Assembly: GCA_028284445.1 (NCBI GenBank)
Contig: JANQRS010000026.1
Coordinates: forward strand, 41,653 to 105,652
Length of the DNA: 64,000 nt
Reading direction: 5' to 3'
Source: Calditrichia bacterium
GTDB taxonomy: Bacteria > Calditrichota > Calditrichia > RBG-13-44-9 > J075
In this document: in pieces, positions 9,881-18,525 of the stretch
Layout: every line of letters begins with the position of its first letter
Position numbering within the stretch: the first letter of the stretch is position 1
Position numbers and translations under genes: made by a program
The notes under the pieces: generated by a model
What the model was told of the DNA's origin: nothing
The model's input: the letters and a program-made list of their open reading frames with translations, nothing else
Databases searched by the model: none

Positions 9881-10229
9881 GCAAGGACCTGCAAATTTAT
9901 CCGATTCCGCTTTATATATAATTATAGCAATATTTGGGGTTTTTGTCGCAATAATTTTTGAAAATATTTAGCATTCTAGAGGTGTGTTCATCTCGCCAAA
10001 GGTGTTTTGTCGTAAAAATATGCTCCTAATACATTTGCCGTGACGACCAAAAGCTGACGGTTCTTAACGAAGGCTTATTAAATATATGCCAGAGCAGAAC
10101 CGTGGAATATGGCAATGAATGTTTTTGTTTTCGGTCGTATCCGGATGAGGGTCTATTTAGGCGTATGCCAGTCCCTACAGATTGCTGTGCCGATTAGTGA
10201 ACAAATTTTCATCTTTTTTCAAAAAATTC

Positions 10230-10258
10230 TTGACAAGTGCACGCTTGCACACTATTAT
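10230..10258 (+). promoter_or_regulatory. sigma70-type promoter of lexA, with a palindrome in the spacer
   Basis: TTGACA (10230-10235), 17 bp, TATTAT (10253-10258); GTGCA-CGCT-TGCAC at 10237-10250. Confidence 0.8.
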
Positions 10259-10325
10259 AGATGGTGAACCTATGTATACGCTGGTTCCCTAACTGTTTTT
10301 GTGCGATGAACTTGAAAGGAATTTT

Positions 10326-10946
10326 ATGAAAGGCCTGACCAAGCGCCAGGAGGAAGTGTTACAATTTATTTCCGGTTATATTGCTGATGCCGGTTTTCCA
10401 CCGAGTTATCAGGAAATTGCCGACAATTTTGACATTGCTTCCAAGCATGGCGTCGTTCGACATTTGGATGCGCTCGCCCGCAAAGGGTATATTGAAAAGA
10501 CCGGAACGACCGCACGCAGCCTGCGCATATTGGATGAACGCTATCAACCGATGTCTGCGGACATTATGACTTTACCACTGGTTGGTCGTGTTTCTGCGGG
10601 TTTCCCGATTCTGGCAGAAGAAAACATCGACGACCATATTGCCGTTCCGCGGCGATTGATCAAATCTGAAGGCCGCTATTTTTCTCTGCGAGTACAGGGA
10701 GATAGTATGGTAAATGCCGGCATTATGGATGGCGATCTGGTGATTGTACAATCAACCAGTGTTGCTCAGGCCGGGCAGATTGTTGTCGCCTTGATTGGTG
10801 AAGAGGTAACGGTTAAGCGGCTGATTGTTGAGGAAAAGCGGAAATATCTGAAGGCGGAAAACCCGGCCTACCCGGATATCGTACCGCAAACGGACTGGCA
10901 TATTCAGGGTCGTGTTGTTGGCTTGATACGGGATACCGTTAACTAA
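10326..10946 (+). CDS. lexA: SOS transcriptional repressor LexA
   Basis: LTKRQEEVL...GFPPSYQEIA wHTH, VSAGFP Ala-Gly cleavage site, GDSM catalytic Ser, VTVKR catalytic Lys; GAAAGGA RBS before ATG 10326. Confidence 0.97.
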   Translation: MKGLTKRQEEVLQFISGYIADAGFPPSYQEIADNFDIASKHGVVRHLDALARKGYIEKTGTTARSLRILDERYQPMSADIMTLPLVGRVSAGFPILAEENIDDHIAVPRRLIKSEGRYFSLRVQGDSMVNAGIMDGDLVIVQSTSVAQAGQIVVALIGEEVTVKRLIVEEKRKYLKAENPAYPDIVPQTDWHIQGRVVGLIRDTVN

Positions 10947-10947
10947 C

Positions 10948-11508
10948 ATGCGATTATTGCAGAGACAGGATGTCACCAAAACAGATGGCAAGGCAAATTC
11001 CCTGCTCGATAGGACGGCAACTGGTTTTCCGGGTCTTTCGGCGGGGAATAGGGACAGTGGGGAATCCATGACTGGTAAGAAAATATTGAAAATGACCCGC
11101 GGATTTCCGGATAAGCGTGCGCGTGAAGAGTTTCTGCGTTTGCCGCGTGCCGAATTCCTGATCGAAGATCTGGCTAAAAGCGGGGCTGACGAGATCGGCA
11201 AGATGGTTGTAAACAGCACCATGGATGTTTATGATCGCTACAGCATGCAGGTTGATAATGAACAAATGGCTGGCTGTGGTATCCAGACCGGCGATTTTGT
11301 CGTTATTCAGCAGAAAAAGCGCTATCACGATAATGACGTTGTTGCTGTTAAGGTTGGTGAACAGGTATTTCTACGCCGTTACTTCCAAAATGGAAGCCGC
11401 GTGCGTCTGGAAGGATCGAATAACCGAAAACAGACCATGATTCTGGATGTAAACACCCCCGGTTTTTCAGTGCTGGGAAGTGTTGTCCAGGTGATACGTG
11501 AATTATAG
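10948..11508 (+). CDS. LexA/UmuD-like S24 domain protein lacking catalytic residues and DNA-binding domain; alternative start at 11068
   Basis: Aligns by eye with the adjacent LexA CTD: FSLRVQGDSM vs YSMQVDNEQM, GDLVIV vs GDFVVI, VTVKRL vs VFLRRY, GRVVGLIR vs GSVVQVIR. Confidence 0.8.
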   Translation: MRLLQRQDVTKTDGKANSLLDRTATGFPGLSAGNRDSGESMTGKKILKMTRGFPDKRAREEFLRLPRAEFLIEDLAKSGADEIGKMVVNSTMDVYDRYSMQVDNEQMAGCGIQTGDFVVIQQKKRYHDNDVVAVKVGEQVFLRRYFQNGSRVRLEGSNNRKQTMILDVNTPGFSVLGSVVQVIREL

Positions 11509-11528
11509 TCGATCGCTCCTTTTAAGAG

Positions 11529-11615
11529 CCGCAGAGTTCTTTCAATTATTTGCGTAGTGATTACAGATAATAGCCTGTAACACTCTAATCATTGAGATAG
11601 CTCTGCGGTTTTTTT
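11529..11615 (+). terminator. Extended stem-loop plus T7 tract ending the lexA operon (terminator or small structured RNA)
   Basis: CCGCAGAGTTCTTTCAAT pairs with ATTGAGATAGCTCTGCGG; inner GTGATTACAG/CTGTAACAC helix; followed by TTTTTTT. Confidence 0.65.
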
Positions 11616-11649
11616 ATTGGGTAGATTGACTAAAAAAACAGAGGAAAAG

Positions 11650-12093
11650 ATGAGTGTTTCAGCGATTCCTAGCGGTCATCATAGTGTAGAGCCATACCTG
11701 ATAGTTGATCATGTTGAGGATATGGTGGCATTTTTACAAAAGGCCTTTGGCGCAGAAGTCATTGAACAGCTAACAAAAAAGAACGGCAAAATGAATCATG
11801 CCCAGGTGAAGATCGGCGATTCAATGTTGATGATGGGGTGTTCAGGGCCTGAGTTCCCGGCCTTGAAAGCGATGATTCATATTTACACGCCTAATGTTGA
11901 CAAAATGTATACAAATGCCCTGGCGGCCGGGGCGACCACGCTAATGCCTCCGGAAGATCAATTTTACGGTGATCGCAGTGCCGGTGTACAGGGACCGCAG
12001 GGAAATTACTGGTGGATAGCGACACATATCGAAGATGTTAGCTCGGAAGAAATGCAGCGCCGCAATATTGCCAGGGAAGAAGCCGCAGAGTAA
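11650..12093 (+). CDS. VOC/glyoxalase (PhnB-like) family protein
   Basis: SVEPYLIV, HAQVKIGDSMLMMG and DQFYGDRSAGVQGPQGNYWWIATH motifs. Confidence 0.9.
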   Translation: MSVSAIPSGHHSVEPYLIVDHVEDMVAFLQKAFGAEVIEQLTKKNGKMNHAQVKIGDSMLMMGCSGPEFPALKAMIHIYTPNVDKMYTNALAAGATTLMPPEDQFYGDRSAGVQGPQGNYWWIATHIEDVSSEEMQRRNIAREEAAE

Positions 12094-12139
12094 TTACTAC
12101 TAAAGCCTAACAGCTCCGAATGTCAAATCGAGGAATTTT

Positions 12140-12715
12140 ATGAAACGTTGTAAATGGGCGCCTGAGAACAATGAGCTTTATCAGAAATATCATGATGAAG
12201 AATGGGGCGTACCGGTTTATGATGATCAACTGCTATTCGAATTCTTAATCCTGGAAGGTGCACAAGCTGGTCTCAGTTGGGAAACCATACTGAGAAAACG
12301 GGACCATTACCGCAAGGTATTCGATGAGTTTGATCCGGTGAAGGTGGCTGCTTACAAGGAGAAGAAAATAGAGGCCTTGTTGCAGGATCCCGGTATTGTA
12401 CGGAATCGATTAAAGGTAAATGCCGCGGTGACAAATGCCCACTGCTTCCTCGCGGTTCAGAAAGAGTTTGGCAGTTTCCGAGACTATATCTGGCAATTCG
12501 TGGGTGGACAACCCATTCAAAATAGTTGGCAATCCATGAAGGATGTGCCGGCCAATACCGCTGAATCGGATGCCATGAGTAAAGATTTAAAAAAACGAGG
12601 CTTCAAATTTGTCGGGACGACTATCTGCTATGCATTTATGCAGGCCGCCGGTCTGGTCAATGACCACACAACTGACTGTTTTCGCTATCATACGGTAAAA
12701 GCTCTGTCAACATAA
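12140..12715 (+). CDS. tag: DNA-3-methyladenine glycosylase I
   Basis: RCKWA, YHDEEWG, LEGAQAGLSW, VRNRLKV, GFKFVGTTICYAFMQAAGLVNDH..C. Confidence 0.97.
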   Translation: MKRCKWAPENNELYQKYHDEEWGVPVYDDQLLFEFLILEGAQAGLSWETILRKRDHYRKVFDEFDPVKVAAYKEKKIEALLQDPGIVRNRLKVNAAVTNAHCFLAVQKEFGSFRDYIWQFVGGQPIQNSWQSMKDVPANTAESDAMSKDLKKRGFKFVGTTICYAFMQAAGLVNDHTTDCFRYHTVKALST

Positions 12716-12737
12716 TTCAACCTGACCAGGAGGCCAA

Positions 12738-13199
12738 ATGTCCTCGGACATTTTTGTAACCAGTAAATATTTTGCTGTGCCGTTTGACCATGCATGGCGG
12801 CTTTTGACCAATCCCCTTTACTTTCCGGAGCTTTATCCAAACTGGGTAACATCCGTTGAGCCGCTTGACGAGTCCAGCTACGAAGGTGCCGGGTCTGTTG
12901 GTGACCCCTTTATTATTGTTCCTCGTCTGAATAAACAGTTTGGGGCCGCAGATTTTGAGACCATTGACATCGATGGTAATATCGAGATTACCCGGAGCAG
13001 GCTCTTTCCGGTTGAACGCGGATGCCTCATGGTCTATCTGGTTGTTCGCAGCGAGGTAATCCACCTGGCCGAAGCTTTCCAGGTTGATCACGATCTATTC
13101 TGGAAGATCTACATGCAAAACCTCCAGCATGATCTCTCTCGAGCTAAGGTCGTGGTCGAAAAAATCTATAAAACCCACCGGCTACGCGCTGCAGTCTAG
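12738..13199 (+). CDS. Hypothetical protein, SRPBCC/START-like fold likely
   Basis: FDHAWRLLTNP..FPELYPNWVTSV start and LQHDLSRAKVVVE end resemble SRPBCC proteins; GGAGG RBS. Confidence 0.55.
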   Translation: MSSDIFVTSKYFAVPFDHAWRLLTNPLYFPELYPNWVTSVEPLDESSYEGAGSVGDPFIIVPRLNKQFGAADFETIDIDGNIEITRSRLFPVERGCLMVYLVVRSEVIHLAEAFQVDHDLFWKIYMQNLQHDLSRAKVVVEKIYKTHRLRAAV

Positions 13200-13282
13200 A
13201 CGACGCTTTCAAAGTGATAGCAATTGTCATCTGAGAGCCCTTTGCCGTGGTTTTGCTTACCGGCCGGAAATATCGGTATTAA

Positions 13283-13401
13283 TGTTCGTTTTCGGACAAG
13301 CCTTGTCCACTAAGAGAACACCTCAAATCAGCTAGTCTTCTCGTAATTATCCCCAAGTTCAATAAAATCAGCGATGTACCGCCTCTGGCATAGTTGTTGT
13401 C
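13283..13401 (+). promoter_or_regulatory. Putative sigma54 promoter with two upstream dyad sites
   Basis: TGGCAT-N5-TTGT at 13386-13400; TGTTC-N6-GGACA (13283-13298) and TGTCC-N7-GAACA (13304-13320). Confidence 0.5.
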
Positions 13402-13446
13402 CTCCATAGAGCAAACCAGTCATTGCCCAATACCGCGAGGGACACT

Positions 13447-15903
13447 ATGTTTCAGAACTACCTGAAAGTAACGATTCGTAACCTGATGAAGTATAAGGCG
13501 CACACCTTAATCAATATCATTGGCCTTTCAATTGGTCTGGCCAGCTGCATTCTGATTTTGATGTTTGTAAATGATGAACTGAGTTTCGACAAGCATCATG
13601 CTAATGCTGACAGAATATATCGGGTGGCGAATGTCGGGAAATTCGGCGGGAATTCATTTGATGCTGCTGTCTGTCCGGCACCAATGGCGCAAGCGCTCCT
13701 CGATGACTATCCGGAGGTCAGTGCCGCAACCCGCTTTCGTGCCCGCGGTAGCTTTCTCGTAAAGAAAGACGTGCAGAATTTCAAAGAGGATCAGGTTGTT
13801 TATGCTGATAACGCGGTATTTGATGTGTTCACCATCCCGCTGATTACCGGCGAAAGATCAACCGCACTTAGTAAGCCTGAAAATATGGCGATAAGCTATT
13901 CAGCTGCCAAGAAGTACTTTCCAGACCTGATCAAAACCAATCCCGGCGCCATCATTGGACAAACACTGACTTTTGATAATCGCCAGGACTTCCAGGTGAG
14001 TGCGATCTTCGAGGACATGCCATTAAATGGGCACTTTCATTTCGACTTTCTACTCTCAATGGAAGGCAATGGGGAAAGCCGCAACAATATGTGGTTGAGC
14101 AACAATTTCCAAACCTATATCTTATTGGAGGCGGGTGCAGACGTATCGGCGCTTGAAGGGAAACTTGCAGCGATTCTTGACAAATACATTGGGCCGCAGG
14201 CTCAGCAGTATATGGGGATTTCGATCGATGAGTTTATGGCTCAGGGCAACGAGCTCGCATACTACTTGCAACCGCTTACTGATATTCACCTCCACTCTCA
14301 GCTAACGGCCGAGTTCGAGCCCAACGGCAGCATTCTCTATGTTTATATTTTTAGCGCAATTGCACTATTTCTTTTGTTGATTGCCTGTATCAACTTTATG
14401 AATTTGGCAACTGCCAGGTCCTCTCACCGCGCTCGGGAAGTTGGCGTAAGAAAAGTACTCGGATCTCAGAAGATTCAACTTGTTCGGCAATTCCTGACTG
14501 AGTCCTTTTTGCTTACCGCGATTGCGCTCATTATGTCCATTGGGATCGTTGAACTGTCGTTACCCTGGTTTAATCAATTGTCTGGCAAAGCCCTTGAGAC
14601 CGGCCAATTTTTTGAAACACAATATGTTATTGGCCTCTTTGGCATTGTTCTGCTGGTCGGATTCATGGCCGGTAGCTATCCGGCATTTTTTCTCTCTAGT
14701 TTTCAGCCAATCGAAGTTCTAAAAGGAAAGTTGCAGATGGGAACGGCCTCCGGTAAGCTTCGCAGCGTTCTGGTTGTCTTTCAATTTGTAACCACCATCA
14801 TTCTCATTGTTGGCACCCTGGTTATTCGCAATCAGCTTGAATATATTCAGAACAAACAATTGGGGTTTAACAAAGAACAAGTACTGGTGATTCACGATGC
14901 ATATGCCCTCGGTGAAAATTTAGATGCGTTTCGGGAGGCGATTGCAAAGCATCACTTCACCCAAGCTGCGAGTGTAAGCAGCTACTTGCCGGTGTTTTCA
15001 AATCGTTCCGACACCGGTTTTTGGCAGGAAGGCAGGCCAATCGAGGAAAACACCGTCTCTATGCAAATATGGGATGTCGATGAACACTATGTTCCGGCTA
15101 TGGCAATGGAAATGGCAGCCGGGCGCAATTTCTCATCTGACTTCGCGACCGATTCCAGCGCTATTATTATTAACGAAAAAGCGGTATCTCTGTTTGGATT
15201 CGAAGATGCGATTGGTGAACGAATCAGCACGGTTCTCTGGAATCCGGAAACTGGTATTGATTTGAATAATGTAGCGTCTTACACGATTGTCGGCGTATTA
15301 AAAGATTTTCATTTTGAATCCATGACTGAAAATATCGGGGCACTTGCTCTTCGAATAGGAACAAGCAGGCAATTTATCTCCGTGCGTTTTAATACCGACG
15401 ACGTTGAATCGTATCTTGCTTTTATTAGCGATACCTGGAATGCGCATCTTGATGGTCAGCCGGTGGAATATACCTTCCTCGATGAACGCTTCAGCAATAT
15501 GTACGCAGCTGAACAACGTCTCGGTAGCATCTTCAGCGTTTTTGCTACTCTATCCATCCTGGTTGCATGTCTCGGGTTGTTTGGCCTTGCTTCATTTACA
15601 GCTGAACAGCGCACCAAGGAAATAGGGGTTCGGAAAGTCTTGGGAGCTTCTACCGGCAGTATTATTATGTTGTTATCAAAAGAGTTTACGAAGTGGGTTT
15701 TGATCGCCAATCTAATTGCCTGGCCTATCGCTTACTTCTTTTTAAATCAATGGCTACAGGGATTCGTTTTCAGGACAGAATTTACAACCGCGATCTTCGT
15801 GGTTTCGGGGCTACTGGCATTGCTTATCGCGATCTTGACTGTCACCTGGCAGGCCGTCAAAGCAGCGCTTAGTAACCCGATCGATGCCTTACGATACGAA
15901 TAG
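13447..15903 (+). CDS. MacB/FtsX-type ABC transporter permease (duplicated MacB_PCD-FtsX architecture)
   Basis: MFQNYLKVTIRNL, LLIACINFMNLATARS..RAREVGVRKVLG, EQRTKEIGVRKVLGAS and NPIDALRYE terminus. Confidence 0.95.
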   Translation: MFQNYLKVTIRNLMKYKAHTLINIIGLSIGLASCILILMFVNDELSFDKHHANADRIYRVANVGKFGGNSFDAAVCPAPMAQALLDDYPEVSAATRFRARGSFLVKKDVQNFKEDQVVYADNAVFDVFTIPLITGERSTALSKPENMAISYSAAKKYFPDLIKTNPGAIIGQTLTFDNRQDFQVSAIFEDMPLNGHFHFDFLLSMEGNGESRNNMWLSNNFQTYILLEAGADVSALEGKLAAILDKYIGPQAQQYMGISIDEFMAQGNELAYYLQPLTDIHLHSQLTAEFEPNGSILYVYIFSAIALFLLLIACINFMNLATARSSHRAREVGVRKVLGSQKIQLVRQFLTESFLLTAIALIMSIGIVELSLPWFNQLSGKALETGQFFETQYVIGLFGIVLLVGFMAGSYPAFFLSSFQPIEVLKGKLQMGTASGKLRSVLVVFQFVTTIILIVGTLVIRNQLEYIQNKQLGFNKEQVLVIHDAYALGENLDAFREAIAKHHFTQAASVSSYLPVFSNRSDTGFWQEGRPIEENTVSMQIWDVDEHYVPAMAMEMAAGRNFSSDFATDSSAIIINEKAVSLFGFEDAIGERISTVLWNPETGIDLNNVASYTIVGVLKDFHFESMTENIGALALRIGTSRQFISVRFNTDDVESYLAFISDTWNAHLDGQPVEYTFLDERFSNMYAAEQRLGSIFSVFATLSILVACLGLFGLASFTAEQRTKEIGVRKVLGASTGSIIMLLSKEFTKWVLIANLIAWPIAYFFLNQWLQGFVFRTEFTTAIFVVSGLLALLIAILTVTWQAVKAALSNPIDALRYE

Positions 15904-15932
15904 TAGATGGATTAAACTTTGCAAAAATTTCA

Positions 15933-15973
15933 AGGGCCGGTTAGCTAATGCAGCCGGCCCTCTTCTTTTCTTT
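15933..15973 (+). terminator. Rho-independent terminator after the ABC permease
   Basis: AGGGCCGGTT/AGCCGGCCCT stem followed by CTTCTTTTCTTT. Confidence 0.7.
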
Positions 15974-16061
15974 GAAGCCAAATTGATTTCTCAAACAATT
16001 GTTTTTCAACCGCTTACCTTCAAATTCCTCCCAATTTTTCCGTATTTGGCCCTTAAAATAG

Positions 16062-16153
16062 TGTATTTTTATACAAATTTGGTCAAAATTGTTGATAATT
16101 TTGAATTTATGGCCTTCAAGGACTTGACAAATCAAAAAAACCACCATTATATT
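16062..16153 (+). promoter_or_regulatory. sigma70-type promoter with two upstream palindromes
   Basis: TTGACA 16124-16129, 17-18 bp, TTATAT/TATATT; TCAAAATT-N6-AATTTTGA at 16083-16104; TGTAT-TTTT-ATACA at 16062-16075. Confidence 0.6.
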
Positions 16154-16237
16154 TCATTATTACGCGCTTTAGAAGCTGGAAACGCTTTGAAGCCGCGCCA
16201 TTCAAGACCTTGTTTGAGAAAATATACGGGCGAAATT

Positions 16238-16561
16238 ATGAAAATGAAGACGCCAACCACCGGCGAAGCCGATAGCTCAGCCAATGCTGCTGAGGACGGA
16301 ACCAATAAAGACATCATCCTTGAATTGTTTCAAGTGCTGGAAGGGCAGCGATCGTCCCTCATTTTCTACAGCCATACCCTGGAATGCGATATCTGCCTGG
16401 TTAACACGGCACTTGCTGATGTGGAACAGCAAAACATGACATGTCCTGTATACACCACAGACGAATTGGCTTACATCCTCACCCTCTCACAAATGGACCT
16501 AAAGCGGTATCATTATCTGAAATCGAGGACCGAAGCGCAGGTTGTGGCTGTGGGGAGTTGA
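16238..16561 (+). CDS. Hypothetical protein, 107 aa
   Basis: ATG downstream of a near-consensus promoter; the upstream extension of the listed ORF runs through a terminator and AT-rich intergenic DNA. Confidence 0.55.
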   Translation: MKMKTPTTGEADSSANAAEDGTNKDIILELFQVLEGQRSSLIFYSHTLECDICLVNTALADVEQQNMTCPVYTTDELAYILTLSQMDLKRYHYLKSRTEAQVVAVGS

Positions 16562-16612
16562 TGCAACTGTTTCGCCTCGGGTGATAGATCGGCGAAAAGA
16601 AATTTAGAAAAA

Positions 16613-16637
16613 TAGAGACGCAGCGCTGCTACGTCTC
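16613..16637. repeat. Degenerate GTAGAGACG-type REP palindrome
   Basis: TAGAGACGCAGCGCTGCTACGTCTC, with GAGACG/CGTCTC arms, between convergent genes. Confidence 0.55.
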
Positions 16638-16680
16638 AGGAAGATAAATCGGATTGCATTTTACTATTTTGAATAGCTGT

Positions 16681-18147
16681 CTACTCTTCAATAGACCATT
16701 CAGACTCGCCACCGGGTTTGTCAGCGACGATAATGCCGATACGCTTGAGTTCGTCGCGAATCAGATCGGCTGCAGCCCAGTTTTTCTGTTTGCGCATTTC
16801 ATTACGCATTTCGATATTGGCTCGTACAAGCTTGTCCAGAAGTTCCGGATGCTCACTGCTCCGTTGGAGTTCATCATCGGCCGGAATGATGCCAAGAACA
16901 TCAATACCAATCGATCTGAAAAGGTCAGCTACTTCTTCAAGAAATGGTCTGCTCTTGCTGCCGTCAGCGTTCAGATACTGATTGACTTGTTTGGCCAGAT
17001 CAAACAAAGCAGCGATTGCCTTCGGGGTATTGAAGTCATCGTTCATTGCTGCTTCAATCCGCTCTTTATATTCTGCAAGAGAAAAGCCAGCTTCTGCACC
17101 ATCATTGCCTGAAGCCTTCTCGATAGCTGCCAGCAATTTTGTCATTGTACCATGCAGGCGTTTGTTGCCTTGTTCCGCTGCCTGAATGGCTTCATCGCTA
17201 TACTCCAGCCTGCTCCGATAGTGGCTGCTAAGAACAAAGGCCCGAATGGTATGAGCAGAGTAGGTTTTCAGCATGTCCTTCACATTCAGTACATTGCCCA
17301 GAGACTTGCTCATCTTTTCCTTGTTGATGCTAATCATATTATTGTGCAGCCAATAACGTGCGAACGGTTTGCCGGTAGCGGCCTCGCTTTGGGCAATTTC
17401 ACATTCGTGATGCGGAAAAATATTGTCAACGCCGCCACCGTGAATGTCGAATGTCTCGCCAAGGTACTTCATTGCCATGGCCGAGCATTCAATATGCCAG
17501 CCCGGGAAACCGACACCCCAGGGACTATTCCAGCGCATCAGGTGATTCGGAGCAGCTTTCTTCCATACTGCGAAATCGGAAGGATGTCTCTTGTCTTCAT
17601 TGATGGAAAGGCGAGCACCGGATTCCAGCTCATCCAGTTTCCGTCCACTCAGCTTGCCGTATCCCTTGAACTTGTGCACGTCAAAGTAAACAGAGCCGTT
17701 TGATTCGTATGCAAATCCCTTTTTGATCAAATCTTCGATCATTTCAATTTGCTCTGTGATGTGCCCGGTTGCGCGCGGGGAAATGTCCGGTCGAGCAACC
17801 CCAAGAGCATCCATGTCGTCAAAGTAGCTCCATGTATATGTCGAGGCGACCTGCATGGGGTCCACTTCATCCTCGCGGGCCTTTTTTAGAATCCGGTCTT
17901 CACCGTCATTATTTTCACCCAACAGGTGTCCAACGTCGGTGATATTTTGAACATATTTGACCTTAAAGCCAAGATGACGAAACCAGCGAACGATAACGTC
18001 AAAACTGATGTAGCTCTTGGCATGACCAATATGCGCATGTCCATAAACTGTGGGACCACAAACATAGATATTTACCCGTCCGGGATTTATCGGCTCAAAA
18101 TCTTCCTTGCTGCGAGTCAAAGTATTATATAGTTGTAGTTGTGCCAT
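16681..18147 (-). CDS. cysS: Cysteine--tRNA ligase
   Basis: [14 protein letters not shown] (HIGH), [27 protein letters not shown] and KMSKS. Confidence 0.99.
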   Translation of the reverse strand: MAQLQLYNTLTRSKEDFEPINPGRVNIYVCGPTVYGHAHIGHAKSYISFDVIVRWFRHLGFKVKYVQNITDVGHLLGENNDGEDRILKKAREDEVDPMQVASTYTWSYFDDMDALGVARPDISPRATGHITEQIEMIEDLIKKGFAYESNGSVYFDVHKFKGYGKLSGRKLDELESGARLSINEDKRHPSDFAVWKKAAPNHLMRWNSPWGVGFPGWHIECSAMAMKYLGETFDIHGGGVDNIFPHHECEIAQSEAATGKPFARYWLHNNMISINKEKMSKSLGNVLNVKDMLKTYSAHTIRAFVLSSHYRSRLEYSDEAIQAAEQGNKRLHGTMTKLLAAIEKASGNDGAEAGFSLAEYKERIEAAMNDDFNTPKAIAALFDLAKQVNQYLNADGSKSRPFLEEVADLFRSIGIDVLGIIPADDELQRSSEHPELLDKLVRANIEMRNEMRKQKNWAAADLIRDELKRIGIIVADKPGGESEWSIEE

Positions 18148-18313
18148 TTCAAATTTCCTTGTTGTAGAGGCAACTAATGTAAGATATCAGCAGATTGCTT
18201 CGCAAGCGTTAATATCCATAGCCTTAAAGAGGTACTCAAAATGCAAATAATCTCATGTTTCGCTGTCACCTTCGACACAACCTGCCGTAAAAAAAACTAA
18301 ACCGTAAGAAGAT

Positions 18314-18433
18314 CGACAAAACTGTCGCCATATCAGTGGCTTACGACTTGAAGAATTGTGTTTTAAATAATTGTTTTGTATAGATTTGTCTTGTTGTAAT
18401 TTGGGCTTAGGGGATTTTGGCACCGATTTCGCA
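18314..18433 (+). promoter_or_regulatory. Putative sigma54 promoter with upstream palindrome
   Basis: TGGCAC-CGATT-TCGCA at 18418-18433; CGACA-AAAC-TGTCG at 18314-18327. Confidence 0.6.
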
Positions 18434-18525
18434 ATATTCAGGAGATATCATTTAAGCAACATAGCAGAAGCATTGCACTTGCAGTTCCAGATATCTCACT
18501 TTGATCACAACAGGGAGGCATTAAC

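Noticed and set aside
5770-10200. Mobile-element boundaries around the low-GC NTPase gene
   Set aside because: I could not find direct repeats, terminal inverted repeats, a tRNA target or a recombinase by eye.
10100-10325. E. coli-type SOS box CTGT-N8-ACAG or a perfect GAAC-N4-GTTC
   Set aside because: No exact match was seen upstream of lexA; only the variants reported.
10948-11508. Annotation as umuD or an imuA mutagenesis cassette
   Set aside because: The catalytic dyad is absent, no Y-family polymerase, imuB or dnaE2 follows, and there is no RecA-like fold.
15884-16237. N-terminal extension of ORF 15884..16561
   Set aside because: It overlaps the permease stop, a terminator and a promoter; ATG 16238 is more plausible.
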